Positions 29,994-39,509 are shown, counted from the first letter of the stretch. The stretch: 64,000 nucleotides of DNA from Phormidesmis sp. (GCA_041742865.1 JBGTNW010000143.1:8203-72202), one strand, 5' to 3'. Numbers and translations: made by a program. Notes: generated from the sequence alone by a model not told the origin.

Positions 29994-32026
29994 CGGCTGA
30001 GTGTGATGCGCTGCGCAATGAGATCCAGCGGCTACGGCAGGAAGTGGCGGGGCTTGATCAGCGATATATCCCTAAATCTGATAGGCCCGCAATATTACAG
30101 GAAAGCGAAAGTAGGTTTAGAAGCTTATTTCCTGTCTTGTTTGGGGGGCTGTTTGTGGGTGCCTTCAGCTCAAACATTTTGCCCTATAGCGCAGAAATTA
30201 ATACGGCAAAAAGTAATGCGTCCTTGGCCAAAAGGATCGCAGAGGTTACAGCCAATGGAGTGGTAGAGGCAAAGGTAAGCGCGGATATCGCTAAGAATAT
30301 AGGTACAGGGGCAAGAATTACGGCAGAAGCTGCAAGGGCCAAAGCCAATGCTGTAGAGGGGATAGCAGATGGGGCAAAGGCTATCGCCAACAGCGCGAAA
30401 ACTGTTGCACAAGGGGCGCAAGGTGTCGCCCAAAGTGCACGAGCGGCTGTGGCAGTCGTAGACAGAAAAGCAGTATCAGCACTATCTAAAGCGGGAGATG
30501 CTGCAAGGAAAGCGGCTAGGGCAATTGGCATTGGCGAAGATGCCTTAAGATTTGCGGGGCGGGCTTTTCGCTTAGTAGGTCGGGCTTTAGGGCTGATTGA
30601 TGTGCTTTTTGGCATATTTGCCGCTCTGTCTATCGCCTATCAACTGGCCCAAATTTTTAGACGACTTGAACTACTTGAAAGAGCGCTAAGCCCGATTTAT
30701 AACCTGCTTGGCATCAATCAGAATGAGATCCGGCGGGTGAAGCGAACGGCAGATACTGCTTTATCGAATGCTTACCTAGCGCAAGATCAGGCAGCGGCGG
30801 CCACGAATGCCGCAACGGCAGCGCAGCGCGGCGCTAGAACTGCGCTAGATTACGCATTCCTAGCGCTAACGGGCGTTTCTTCATTGCTATTTCTGCGATC
30901 GCTCATCCCAGCGCTGCGAACTGGCATCGCTGGCGCTACCGCACTGGCCCAAACTGCTAATCAAACTGCAAACACTGCACTAAGGGAAGCAAGGCGAATT
31001 CAGAGAATTCCGGGCTTACCAGGCTTACCGGGCAGGGATGGCGCACCCGGCAGGAATGGCGCACCCGGCTTACCCGGCAGAAATGGCGCACCGGGGTTAA
31101 GAGGCGCACCGGGGTTTAGAGGCGCACTAGGTTTAAGAGGTCTGCGAGGTGAAAGAGGTCTACGGGGCGCAGCTGGGAGGGAAGCACCAATGGATTTAGA
31201 ATCGAAGGCTTTGCTTAGAAAAATCGACGCTACTACAACGGTTAGTTTTGTCAACTTGCAGGCAATGCAGGCGTTTGCAGTTAAAGCGTGGAGCAATACC
31301 AGAATTAACAAACTGATCAATTTGATAACGTTGGTTACTGTCTTTCACAATGCCGCCATGCTCAGCCGTGATGTCGGCGAAACTATCGGGGAGCTGGCTA
31401 GCAACATGCTGGCCACGGTAGGAATTAAAGATGAGACAGGTAACCAGCTCGATATCAATGAGCTAGTCGGCACCTCAGTTCGTAATTTTGTGCAAACCAT
31501 CGTTGGTCAGGAAGTGTACAACGATGTAAGTACCGCATGGAAAAAAGCCAGCCGTATCGTTAGTTCGGCCGCCATGATTGCCTATACCGTCAGAGGGCTT
31601 CACGACACGAGCAAGGATATTCTTGAATGGACGGCTGAAAATACCGGCAAAATTGGCAACGCTCTAAAAAGATGGGGCGTTGTCGGCGAACGGGCCTACC
31701 CGTGGATGTCTGAGCGGGTTCGCGCACAAGATGCTTATCGCCGCAAATTTCAGCGGGTAACCGATGGCTTGGAATCGCTCGAAGATACGGCGTCATCACT
31801 TTCTCAAGTGACTGGCGAGGTGAGAGAAATTCAAGAGGAATATATTGAGCTGAAAGAGCAGAAGGACGCTTTTACAGAATTAATCAGCACAACGCCGCCT
31901 GAATCGACGCCACCGGCATCACCGGAAAACACACCAATTGCAGATGCCGAAGGGGAAGCTAAAGCGGCCAGCGCGTCACCCGCTGTCGCGCTGGTAAACG
32001 CAGTGAAGGGAGATTTGCCAGAATGA
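29990..32026 (+). CDS. 678-aa Ala-rich coiled-coil protein with hydrophobic segments and collagen repeat (candidate spike/pilot)
   Basis: Ala-rich helices, hydrophobic stretches, 19 Gly-X-Y triplets. Confidence 0.85.
   Translation: MTAECDALRNEIQRLRQEVAGLDQRYIPKSDRPAILQESESRFRSLFPVLFGGLFVGAFSSNILPYSAEINTAKSNASLAKRIAEVTANGVVEAKVSADIAKNIGTGARITAEAARAKANAVEGIADGAKAIANSAKTVAQGAQGVAQSARAAVAVVDRKAVSALSKAGDAARKAARAIGIGEDALRFAGRAFRLVGRALGLIDVLFGIFAALSIAYQLAQIFRRLELLERALSPIYNLLGINQNEIRRVKRTADTALSNAYLAQDQAAAATNAATAAQRGARTALDYAFLALTGVSSLLFLRSLIPALRTGIAGATALAQTANQTANTALREARRIQRIPGLPGLPGRDGAPGRNGAPGLPGRNGAPGLRGAPGFRGALGLRGLRGERGLRGAAGREAPMDLESKALLRKIDATTTVSFVNLQAMQAFAVKAWSNTRINKLINLITLVTVFHNAAMLSRDVGETIGELASNMLATVGIKDETGNQLDINELVGTSVRNFVQTIVGQEVYNDVSTAWKKASRIVSSAAMIAYTVRGLHDTSKDILEWTAENTGKIGNALKRWGVVGERAYPWMSERVRAQDAYRRKFQRVTDGLESLEDTASSLSQVTGEVREIQEEYIELKEQKDAFTELISTTPPESTPPASPENTPIADAEGEAKAASASPAVALVNAVKGDLPE
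31013..31183 (+). repeat. Collagen-like Gly-X-Y x19
   Basis: [57 protein letters not shown]. Confidence 0.93.
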
Positions 32027-32847
32027 CGACAGGGGCAAGTGGCGACACCGAGCAATTACAGTCTGTGATACGTCGCTATCTAAATCAGGAGGTTCGTGAA
32101 TGGTTCAGAGATATTGACTTTGATGAAATCGACACGAACACACCGAGAGGAGCTTTGCTCAGAGCTTGCAAGCATGATGACGCCGATAGTTTTTTGCAGA
32201 CTATGGGGCGCGCAATGCTTTTCGATTCGCTGATTAGACAGCGGTTTGCAAATTTCTTTGGCAATGCCACTGGCGCGGGAGAGGTTGGTACAACGACTTT
32301 ACGCACTGGTGTTTTACGCCGAACTAAGCCGCAAATTGTGTTGTATTTTTTAGAGGATATTTCTGATGTAGTTTCTGAGTATTCGCCCGTAGATGGGCGG
32401 ATCAGCTTTCGCCTAATGGATCATGATTCAGATACAATTACTCCATTGCAAGTCAACACTTATCGGCAAAGGGTAGAATCACGATTTTCTAATAATGGTG
32501 GTTTTGTTTGGAAAAAAGGTAAATTGATGTGTTCTTATTCTGATTGGAGCAAAGGCTATCAATTACAACTTTTGTGCCGCAATGTTGCAGAGGGGCGGCG
32601 GGTTGTTGAACAAGTTCTTGACATTCAAAACGATACACCGGATTGGTCTTTTTTCAATTCAGAAGAGAACGAACAACCTACCATAGCCTATCCGACTATT
32701 CCTGAAAGAGTACGTATTTATGGCGAAAATCGGCGCTTACCTAGAAGAAGGCCGATTGCTGACGTTCGGTTTCAATTTGCTCGTTTATTTATAAGCGGGG
32801 TGCCAAATCCTATCATTTTGGCCGATAGAACTAGGCTCTTTTCTTAA
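32023..32847 (+). CDS. Hypothetical element protein, 274 aa
   Basis: ATGA-coupled to the collagen gene; no recognisable motif. Confidence 0.82.
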   Translation: MTTGASGDTEQLQSVIRRYLNQEVREWFRDIDFDEIDTNTPRGALLRACKHDDADSFLQTMGRAMLFDSLIRQRFANFFGNATGAGEVGTTTLRTGVLRRTKPQIVLYFLEDISDVVSEYSPVDGRISFRLMDHDSDTITPLQVNTYRQRVESRFSNNGGFVWKKGKLMCSYSDWSKGYQLQLLCRNVAEGRRVVEQVLDIQNDTPDWSFFNSEENEQPTIAYPTIPERVRIYGENRRLPRRRPIADVRFQFARLFISGVPNPIILADRTRLFS

Positions 32848-32992
32848 TTTTTCACATAGTTAAATCAAGCTTTGTTTATTTCAGTTGCTTTAAGATTTAC
32901 CGGAAAGGTTTAGCCCTTCTGAGCTGGTCTATTGACATATTTTTGTGGGTATAAAGAAATAGCTATCTGTATTCTTTTACCTTGAAACAATT

Positions 32993-33538
32993 ATGGCCAG
33001 ACGTTACAGCCGTATCCGTGAAGCGGGACAATTAAACCTAGCTTTGACGAACTATATCACTTATTTGACGACTCCCCGCACACGGAACATAGGCACCCGT
33101 GGGGCGCGCCCTGCTAGCAAAGCAGCTTATGTTGTTCCGTTTGGGTTTGATGTTGCCACAGATGAAGTTGTACGGGTTCAGAACTCTGTAGAAGGCTATA
33201 CGGCGCTTGCTGGTCGTGTAAATACTACGGGAACGGGGGCAGAAGTTACTGATACTTTGGGGTCTAAGTCGCTTGCTACTGTGGGGCAATTCTCTCCATC
33301 GCGAGTTGTTTGGTTTCGCAATGCAACGCGCAGCACTACAGTAGAGCGCTCTGATGTCACAAACCTTCAGTATCTGAAATACAACGGCGACCGGTCTAGC
33401 TGCGCGTTTGGGCGAAAGACTGCAACTGATAACGAGTATGACGCCTTTGATTCAATTAAATCGGCGATTTTACAGGCCAACTCATCTCTTGCAGTCAATC
33501 GTATTTCGCTGTCTCGCGAGAAGTATAGCTACGCCTAA
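32993..33538 (+). CDS. Hypothetical element protein, 181 aa, basic N-terminus (candidate capsid/DNA-binding)
   Basis: Arg-rich start MARRYSRIR; TAATG coupling to next gene. Confidence 0.8.
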   Translation: MARRYSRIREAGQLNLALTNYITYLTTPRTRNIGTRGARPASKAAYVVPFGFDVATDEVVRVQNSVEGYTALAGRVNTTGTGAEVTDTLGSKSLATVGQFSPSRVVWFRNATRSTTVERSDVTNLQYLKYNGDRSSCAFGRKTATDNEYDAFDSIKSAILQANSSLAVNRISLSREKYSYA

Positions 33539-33825
33539 TGAGCGATCTGATTGACCCGTTCCTGACGTTCTACGGCCATCACCCTGATCATGGGGCCAGT
33601 GATGGTCGTAGAGAGGCTGAAGCCCTGTTTACGCGGCAGGGGCTTATAGAAAATTGGTTAGAGGGCACAGAGAGCGCTGAAACGGTGTTAGACGCGATAG
33701 AAGAGCAGGGCATCGGCGCAGCTGCCTATGTGGCAGCTGTAACGGCTAATGTACAGCACGTTATTGATCAGGGCGTTGTGTATGTGGCTAACGAGTCAGG
33801 TCTGTTTTTGCCGGAGCTGATGTAA
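33538..33825 (+). CDS. Hypothetical element protein, 95 aa
   Basis: TAATG coupling on both sides. Confidence 0.75.
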   Translation: MSDLIDPFLTFYGHHPDHGASDGRREAEALFTRQGLIENWLEGTESAETVLDAIEEQGIGAAAYVAAVTANVQHVIDQGVVYVANESGLFLPELM

Positions 33826-34178
33826 TGTCATGGCGGCTGATGAGTGAGGAACCTGTCACATTTGATGGTCGGGTTTTTGATGATTTTTTGATTGGTGATG
33901 AGCTAATCAAAATCGAGCATTCTTTTAATGGGGAAACCTTTCCCGGTACTGGCTATGCCATTATTTCAAACGTTTATGCTAACGATGAGCAAGATTTTTT
34001 TAGGCGTAGCTACCCTAAAAAAAACTCATCTCGAATTTATGAGGTGAAGGTACCGCCGCAGCTGGTGGCAGCAAGTTATTTGCTTCATCAGCTAACGGTA
34101 CAGCGAAGCCTTTATGCGCGAGTAGATGCTGATGCTAATTGGCGGGTAAGCGCCTATATTTGGGTGCCTGAAACATGA
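33825..34178 (+). CDS. Hypothetical element protein, 117 aa
   Basis: TAATG coupling; aromatic/beta-rich composition. Confidence 0.75.
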   Translation: MSWRLMSEEPVTFDGRVFDDFLIGDELIKIEHSFNGETFPGTGYAIISNVYANDEQDFFRRSYPKKNSSRIYEVKVPPQLVAASYLLHQLTVQRSLYARVDADANWRVSAYIWVPET

Positions 34179-34214
34179 TTTTATTTTTTGAGGACGGACG
34201 TATTAAGGTGCGCA

Positions 34215-34499
34215 ATGGCTGAGTATTTGCCGCTGATTATGGGCGTTGTGAGCTTTATCGGAGCGGCGGCTACTTGGTACGATGCCGTTGTGAGAAAGCG
34301 TTATGCAGCTGAGCGGGCTGTAGGTCATCTGACAAATAATTATGCGGCGCTGTCGGGCAATGTAGCGGCGCTCGATAAAATGCTCGATGATCGGCTCGAT
34401 GTGATTCAGCGTGAGCACCTTGAAATGAAGCTTTTACTTCAGGTGCTGATCACGCAGTCGGGCGGCAGTTTTCCGGCAGGAATCAAACGGGAACTATAG
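34215..34499 (+). CDS. Single-TM coiled-coil protein (holin-like candidate)
   Basis: ATG after aaggtg; N-terminal TM followed by basic RKR and a coiled coil. Confidence 0.65.
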   Translation: MAEYLPLIMGVVSFIGAAATWYDAVVRKRYAAERAVGHLTNNYAALSGNVAALDKMLDDRLDVIQREHLEMKLLLQVLITQSGGSFPAGIKREL

Positions 34500-34519
34500 G
34501 GCAACATCAAGGCTCATCC

Positions 34520-34831
34520 TTAAAACCCTGGCTTTTGCCGGGGTTTTCTTTTAGGTGGATTGCTGATTTTGTAGGCTTTGGCTATTTCGGGCGTGAGTGA
34601 GCCTTGAATACCTTTGAGCGGGCCGGTGGGGACTTCGGTAATGACGCTTTCTTGCAATATTTCGATTTCGGGCACGTTGTAAAGGTAGGTAAGTCTAATG
34701 GCATTGGGATTTTTGGGCTTCCAATGCTTTCCTTTTTTTAAATCACCGCGATCGCGCATCCGGGCGAGTGTTCGGCTACACACTCCCAGTTCGTTGCAGG
34801 CGCTGGCGGTATCGAACCATTTTTTAGGCAT
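34520..34831 (-). CDS. Excisionase-like / MerR-type HTH protein
   Basis: WFDTASACNELGVCSRTLARMRDRGDL HTH; highly basic. Confidence 0.75.
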   Translation of the reverse strand: MPKKWFDTASACNELGVCSRTLARMRDRGDLKKGKHWKPKNPNAIRLTYLYNVPEIEILQESVITEVPTGPLKGIQGSLTPEIAKAYKISNPPKRKPRQKPGF

Positions 34832-35135
34832 GGGGCAATGCGGGGCTGTTGAGCTTTTCTAGGCGGCGCTTGAGCGATAGATTCATGGCGATCAGGGCGT
34901 CGGGTGGCAGGTCGGCCATGCTGCGAAAGCCGTACATTTCCATCCATTGAATTACGGCTATATGGCGTAGGCGTAGGGCTGAGCGCTCGGAATCCCACCA
35001 CATACCGGTTTCTTTTTCTTCGAGCAGCATGGCTGAAACCTGAATTTCGGCGATGGTTTGGCTCATGTCGCGCGCGGGCTTCACGAGCTGCTTGATGAAA
35101 TCAGCAAAAAATTCTTCGATTAGCGGGTTATTCAT
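34824..35135 (-). CDS. Hypothetical element protein
   Basis: Packed between rep (2-bp gap) and the HTH gene (8-bp overlap). Confidence 0.7.
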   Translation of the reverse strand: MNNPLIEEFFADFIKQLVKPARDMSQTIAEIQVSAMLLEEKETGMWWDSERSALRLRHIAVIQWMEMYGFRSMADLPPDALIAMNLSLKRRLEKLNSPALPHA

Positions 35136-35137
35136 CT

Positions 35138-36574
35138 CTAAGCTCCCCCTTCAGCCTGTGGAAAACCCTTTCCCCCCCCTGCACCCCCCCCTTTCCCTGG
35201 GTAAAAAGCTTTTTTAAGAGCACTTTCAGGCGGGGTACCTTTCATAACTTCTTGGGGGGTGTGTAACAGTCCATCTGACAAGGGTTTGCCGGTATTCGGT
35301 GGGTGGTCGGGTGGGGGTGGTGAGGTGGCTGTATCGCCCTCTGTGTGGGGTGTTACACACCACTGATAGGGGTGCCAGAGGGTGAGATATTTATAGAGGG
35401 TTTCGGCTGAAGTGCGGGCGTGTTCACAGAGTTTTTGGACGCGGGCGCGGATGCCGTCGGGCAGTTCGCCAAGGGTCGCCAAATTAATGACGGCGCGTTT
35501 GATGCGGGCTTGGGCGTCTTCTGCTCTTTCAGTGTTGATGTCGTAGGTTGCGACCTGGCGCTGTGGCTTGCTGGCGCTGCTGATGGGCCAGTAATAACGC
35601 TCGGCGGCGCGTGCCCATGCTCTAGCTTTGCTGTCGATTTCGCTTTGATGGTTGCAGTGCTCTAGATAGCCGGGACGGGTGATGGCGATGCGCTCGACAT
35701 ATTCGGCTAGTTCGTCGCCCTCGATTTCTTCAAAGACGCGGCCATAGCAGGCGATCGCTTTGAGCAAACTATTTGTCTGCCCGCTGCCTGTCCAACCTTC
35801 CATAATTTCTAGTTCTAGGTCGGCGCGCCATTGGGCGGCGGGGTGGCTTTTGAGCTTTGAGCGTTTGCGCAGGTGGTCGCGGCCATGTGTCAGGGCTTCG
35901 GTGAGGGCATCCATATCTTGGGCAGCTTCGGCATAGTCCCAGCTCCAAAAGAAGCGCTGTAGGGTTGCGCCGATGGGTTGGTAGTCATGATTGAGCATGA
36001 CTGAGCCTGATCCGGGCTGTAGCGGTAGGCGGTGGGCGTTGTATTGAGTGAATTCGCCAAGCCAGCTACGGCCATAGCTTTTGCAGTTAGGGAATATTTC
36101 TAGCTGACCGGGGTTTAGATGCAGCTCTTGGGCTTCTAGGGCGTATTTGAGGGTAGCGGCAAAATCGAAGGTGGGGACGGCTTCGGGCAAGGGGATGTAG
36201 ATGTGGATGCCGCCGTTAAAGCTGGATCTGATGGGAATGGTGCGAGTGATGCCGATGGTTTCGAGCGCTTCGGTGATGGCGGCTAGACCTTCTGAGGTGT
36301 GGTAGGTGCTAGTGGCATCGACATCAATGACGCCGTATTGAGTGGTGTTGCCGAAGCGAACGCCCACTAGCTCGGCGGGGTCTTGAAACATGGCCCACAG
36401 GCTGCGCGATCGCACGGGAAATTTGCCGTGCTGGCTATTGCGTTCGGTGCCGATGGTTTCCCAATCTGGATTGGTCGCATCTTCGGTACTGCCTTGAATG
36501 GCTAGCCAGCGATGGCTAAAAATCTGGCAGAGTTTTTGTCCTGATGGGTCAACTGGGAAAGGATCGGCTATCAT
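35138..36574 (-). CDS. Replication protein with AEP (primase-polymerase) domain and C-terminal HTH
   Basis: VIDVD (DxD, motif I), RSSFNGGIHIYIP (motif II), helical middle, TSAETLYKY HTH-like end; layout resembles ColE2-type Rep. Confidence 0.75.
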   Translation of the reverse strand: MIADPFPVDPSGQKLCQIFSHRWLAIQGSTEDATNPDWETIGTERNSQHGKFPVRSRSLWAMFQDPAELVGVRFGNTTQYGVIDVDATSTYHTSEGLAAITEALETIGITRTIPIRSSFNGGIHIYIPLPEAVPTFDFAATLKYALEAQELHLNPGQLEIFPNCKSYGRSWLGEFTQYNAHRLPLQPGSGSVMLNHDYQPIGATLQRFFWSWDYAEAAQDMDALTEALTHGRDHLRKRSKLKSHPAAQWRADLELEIMEGWTGSGQTNSLLKAIACYGRVFEEIEGDELAEYVERIAITRPGYLEHCNHQSEIDSKARAWARAAERYYWPISSASKPQRQVATYDINTERAEDAQARIKRAVINLATLGELPDGIRARVQKLCEHARTSAETLYKYLTLWHPYQWCVTPHTEGDTATSPPPPDHPPNTGKPLSDGLLHTPQEVMKGTPPESALKKAFYPGKGGGAGGGKGFPQAEGGA

Positions 36575-36599
36575 AGATCTAGTATTTTTTTATACGTTT

Positions 36600-36640
36600 A
36601 GGCCGCTGCGGGTGATAACCGCTAGCGGCCTTTTTATTTG
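36600..36640 (+). terminator. Plus-strand terminator antisense to the rep leader
   Basis: aggccgctgcgg...ccgctagcggcctttttattt. Confidence 0.65.
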
Positions 36641-36956
36641 GGCAGTTGAGCAAATCGGCGCTTTAAGATACGTGCGTAGTTTTGCTTAAGAAACTGTGAA
36701 GCTTTGATGTGCGATCGCACAGGGCATAAAAAAACCTGTAGATTAGCTCTAGTCCTTTAATATCAAGGGTTTCGCGTGTCTGAAAAATTACAGACTGACG
36801 AGAAAGCTACAGATTTAGATATTGCGATCGCACTAGCCACTATTCGAGCCAGTCGGGAACTGGCACTAGCGGCTTTTGTGTCAAAGCGGGAAATTCCTAA
36901 AACTAAAAAGCCATAGAGATCGCCTAAATCGTTGGAGGGCAAAGCACTAATGAGTT

Positions 36957-36983
36957 AGAGCAGGCGTTATAGCCTGCTTTTTT
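36957..36983 (+). terminator. Plus-strand hairpin with T-run in rep/XRE intergenic region
   Basis: agagcaggc gttata gcctgcttttt. Confidence 0.55.
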
Positions 36984-37063
36984 AGTGCTCAATTTGTGGT
37001 GTATTGAGTTATCGGCGCGGCAGCCCTAGACAAGTCAGCCACACCGATATTCCCACCCCAAAG

Positions 37064-37128
37064 CTGAATTGAGGTCAAAGAAATCTTACCTCAATTCAGT
37101 TTGATCTAAAATTAAATTGAGGTAAGAT
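37064..37128. promoter_or_regulatory. Three-arm inverted repeat overlapping XRE RBS and start
   Basis: CTGAATTGAGGT (37064-75), ATCTTACCTCAATTCAG (37083-99), AATTGAGGTAAGAT (37115-28). Confidence 0.7.
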
Positions 37129-37354
37129 GGCCAAAAGTACACCAAATATGGAGTCTTGGATCGTGCGATTGAGGCTTGATGCAGGCGTTACGCAAAAACA
37201 GCTTGCTGACGCTCTTGATGTGAGCGTCCAAACAGTTCGGAATTGGGAGCAAGGGAAAGCTGAAGCGACTTTCACCTTTAAGCAGATAAAAGCCTTTTGC
37301 CTTGTTCTAAAGGTGTCCCTTGATGACTTACCAGACCAAACCAAAACAGTTTGA
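37127..37354 (+). CDS. XRE/Cro-family HTH regulator
   Basis: TQKQLADALDVSVQTVRNWEQG HTH; GAGG RBS. Confidence 0.9.
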   Translation: MAKSTPNMESWIVRLRLDAGVTQKQLADALDVSVQTVRNWEQGKAEATFTFKQIKAFCLVLKVSLDDLPDQTKTV

Positions 37355-37358
37355 CAAT

Positions 37359-37397
37359 TAAAAAGCCGCTAGCAGTCTGGAACACTGCTAACGGCTA
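37359..37397 (-). terminator. Minus-strand terminator hairpin after XRE gene
   Basis: aaaaaagccgctagcagt...actgctaacggct. Confidence 0.6.
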
Positions 37398-37493
37398 TTC
37401 ACCTCGATGGAGCGAGGCGCAAAATGAATATACAGAATTTTCCGAGGCTTAGCGGTCGCGCACCCCCCATAAGAGGCCGATTTTCAGCCCTAC

Positions 37494-37826
37494 TTAAAAG
37501 AAAGGATATTGATACGCTTCCTTGCAGGTGGCGATCAGCTGCTCTGTATTGACCGAGCAGCCTGCATTAGGCGTTTCAGTGAGCCACATATTCACAGCTT
37601 CTTTGCACTGACTGATAGGGAGCGCAGGCCCATCCTTTACTACGTCCTTACCGAACATGCTGACCATCGTGGTTTTTTTGCAAACAGATTTCAGCGTGTA
37701 AGGGTCGATCCGTTCTTCGGCCCATCCGGTGAACTGGTAATGCTTGAACGAGAACAAGCCGGTGACAATCAAACTTATGCCAGCGCCAACAGCAATCAAT
37801 TTTGTTTTATTCATGACTAAACCCAA
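37494..37826 (-). CDS. N-terminally anchored Cys-containing hypothetical protein
   Basis: N-terminal TM, four Cys. Confidence 0.6.
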   Translation of the reverse strand: MGLVMNKTKLIAVGAGISLIVTGLFSFKHYQFTGWAEERIDPYTLKSVCKKTTMVSMFGKDVVKDGPALPISQCKEAVNMWLTETPNAGCSVNTEQLIATCKEAYQYPFF

Positions 37827-38043
37827 GGGTATCCTTTCAGTGACTACGCACCAACAGAATGCCCACGGGCTACGCGCGGCGATCTCAGTCCTTTTATGGA
37901 ATGCGATCGCCTTTTTTCGTGAGCGATCGCCGCCTAAAATCTCTTTTTTCGCACACTCACCGCACAGCTAACGCACGACCAAGCACAGATAGCTACGCAG
38001 TGAGCGCACATTTGAAAACCCAATCATTAAAGGACTTTCACTA

Positions 38044-38619
38044 ATGCATAATACAGAAACAAGCGAGCAGCTGCACGTTTACGAGCACGTCACCGCACAC
38101 TACACCGCACAACAGATCGCCGATGCGCACGGCGTGAAACAAGTCACCGTGCGCACCCGCTGGTTTGACTGGCTTTGCAAAGTCGCGCCGGCAGCGCTGC
38201 TCAAATCTGAAGCAGGCTTTACCGAACTGGCTAGCACCCTATTCGCAGAATTCGCCCAAGTCGATCAGCGAGAGCGTCACGCATGGGTCGCCGATGCCAA
38301 AGCCCGCTACTCAGCCGAATGGGGCAGCGTCGGCATCATCGACGGCGAACTAATGCCTGACGTGGTAGGCAGCGCCCTGGCGCTACTACAAACAAGCAAC
38401 ATTTCACTCAATCAACAGCTATCCGCTGAGCTAGCCGGATTAGAACAATTTGTTGATCAGCTCAATAATGTTGATGCCGACTTTACCCAAGCTGAGCTAG
38501 ACAGCTTTAAAGCCAACGGCATGAAGCGGGCAATCGTCCGCTACAAGGTAGAGGCTCAAATCGAAGCTGAAACCTTCAATGCACTTCGTCAGCGCCGTTT
38601 AGAAGGTGGCCAGCAATGA
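38044..38619 (+). CDS. HTH + coiled-coil DNA-binding protein
   Basis: YTAQQIADAHGVKQVTVRTRW HTH; helical C-terminus; aagga RBS. Confidence 0.78.
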   Translation: MHNTETSEQLHVYEHVTAHYTAQQIADAHGVKQVTVRTRWFDWLCKVAPAALLKSEAGFTELASTLFAEFAQVDQRERHAWVADAKARYSAEWGSVGIIDGELMPDVVGSALALLQTSNISLNQQLSAELAGLEQFVDQLNNVDADFTQAELDSFKANGMKRAIVRYKVEAQIEAETFNALRQRRLEGGQQ

Positions 38620-38993
38620 AAAGAAGGCTACTCACAGCAACTTTTATGTCATTTGGTCTAATCGCATGTGACGGCTCAGCCATCTTAAATGCCATCAGTG
38701 GAGAACCGGCCACGGCCACAACCATCGGCTTTGACCCGGTGCCAAACTACCCTAGCCGCGATCAGTCATATGACGGCTACTTACCAGAGTTACCAGAACT
38801 AAGCCAAGCGCAGCTGCGCCACTTCTTTAATGATATTGCCATGCCACAAAGCGAGGGCGCAATTGTCGGCTTGCTGGGATGGCCTACCAGCTATGACGGC
38901 GTTTACCAATATTGGCGCATCGAAGGCGGCAGCTCCGAGCTAGCCATCAAAATCGAGAACGGTAGAGCAACTACATACACAGTGGGGTATTAG
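38616..38993 (+). CDS. Putative lipoprotein
   Basis: MKRR, hydrophobic stretch, LIAC lipobox; ATGA coupling. Confidence 0.78.
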   Translation: MKRRLLTATFMSFGLIACDGSAILNAISGEPATATTIGFDPVPNYPSRDQSYDGYLPELPELSQAQLRHFFNDIAMPQSEGAIVGLLGWPTSYDGVYQYWRIEGGSSELAIKIENGRATTYTVGY

Positions 38994-38996
38994 GAA

Positions 38997-39236
38997 ATGA
39001 AGATATTTTCAATTTTCTCTAAAGGTGATGAAGATGCTCAAGGTTCTTACTGTGATCAAAGCTCACAAACCCATCACGATCACACCGCTGATGAACACGA
39101 ACTTGACAATCAATTTACAGCCTCAAAAGAGCGTAAAGATGAAGTGATCATCTTAGATGACTTCGATAAAAAGGCGGTAAACTATCGATTAGATGACTCT
39201 TTCGAGCCTGTCAAGCATGGCCCCAAACAGGCATAG
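38997..39236 (+). CDS. Hypothetical element protein
   Basis: 3-bp gap after the lipoprotein, same strand. Confidence 0.55.
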   Translation: MKIFSIFSKGDEDAQGSYCDQSSQTHHDHTADEHELDNQFTASKERKDEVIILDDFDKKAVNYRLDDSFEPVKHGPKQA

Positions 39237-39284
39237 CATCATGTTCAGCACGACCATAAACATCTTACAGAAGGATAACAACAC

Positions 39285-39509
39285 ATGAACATCTACTTGA
39301 CCAAAGACCGCGCTCAAGGCCCAATCAGCAAAGACACTCAAGCTATTCTCTCTTATATAGAAGCTCAAAAAACAACAACTTTGCAAGCAGTAGTAGAGAG
39401 CTTTAATTATAAGCGCTCAGCAATATATAGCTCCCTGTTAGAGCTAGAGGCGCTGTTAATTATTCATCTATCGGCACAAGAACAACAACAACAACAGAAA
39501 GCAGCGTAA
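39285..39509 (+). CDS. Small winged-helix-like protein
   Basis: aagga RBS; ILSYI...LQAVVE...IYSSLLELE. Confidence 0.6.
   Translation: MNIYLTKDRAQGPISKDTQAILSYIEAQKTTTLQAVVESFNYKRSAIYSSLLELEALLIIHLSAQEQQQQQKAA

Noticed and set aside
32932-32955. TTGACA...TATAAA promoter before the 181-aa gene
   Set aside because: Spacer is only 12 bp; a promoter in this gap is plausible but this pairing is not supported
37096-37344. 82-aa minus-strand ORF
   Set aside because: Antisense shadow of the XRE gene
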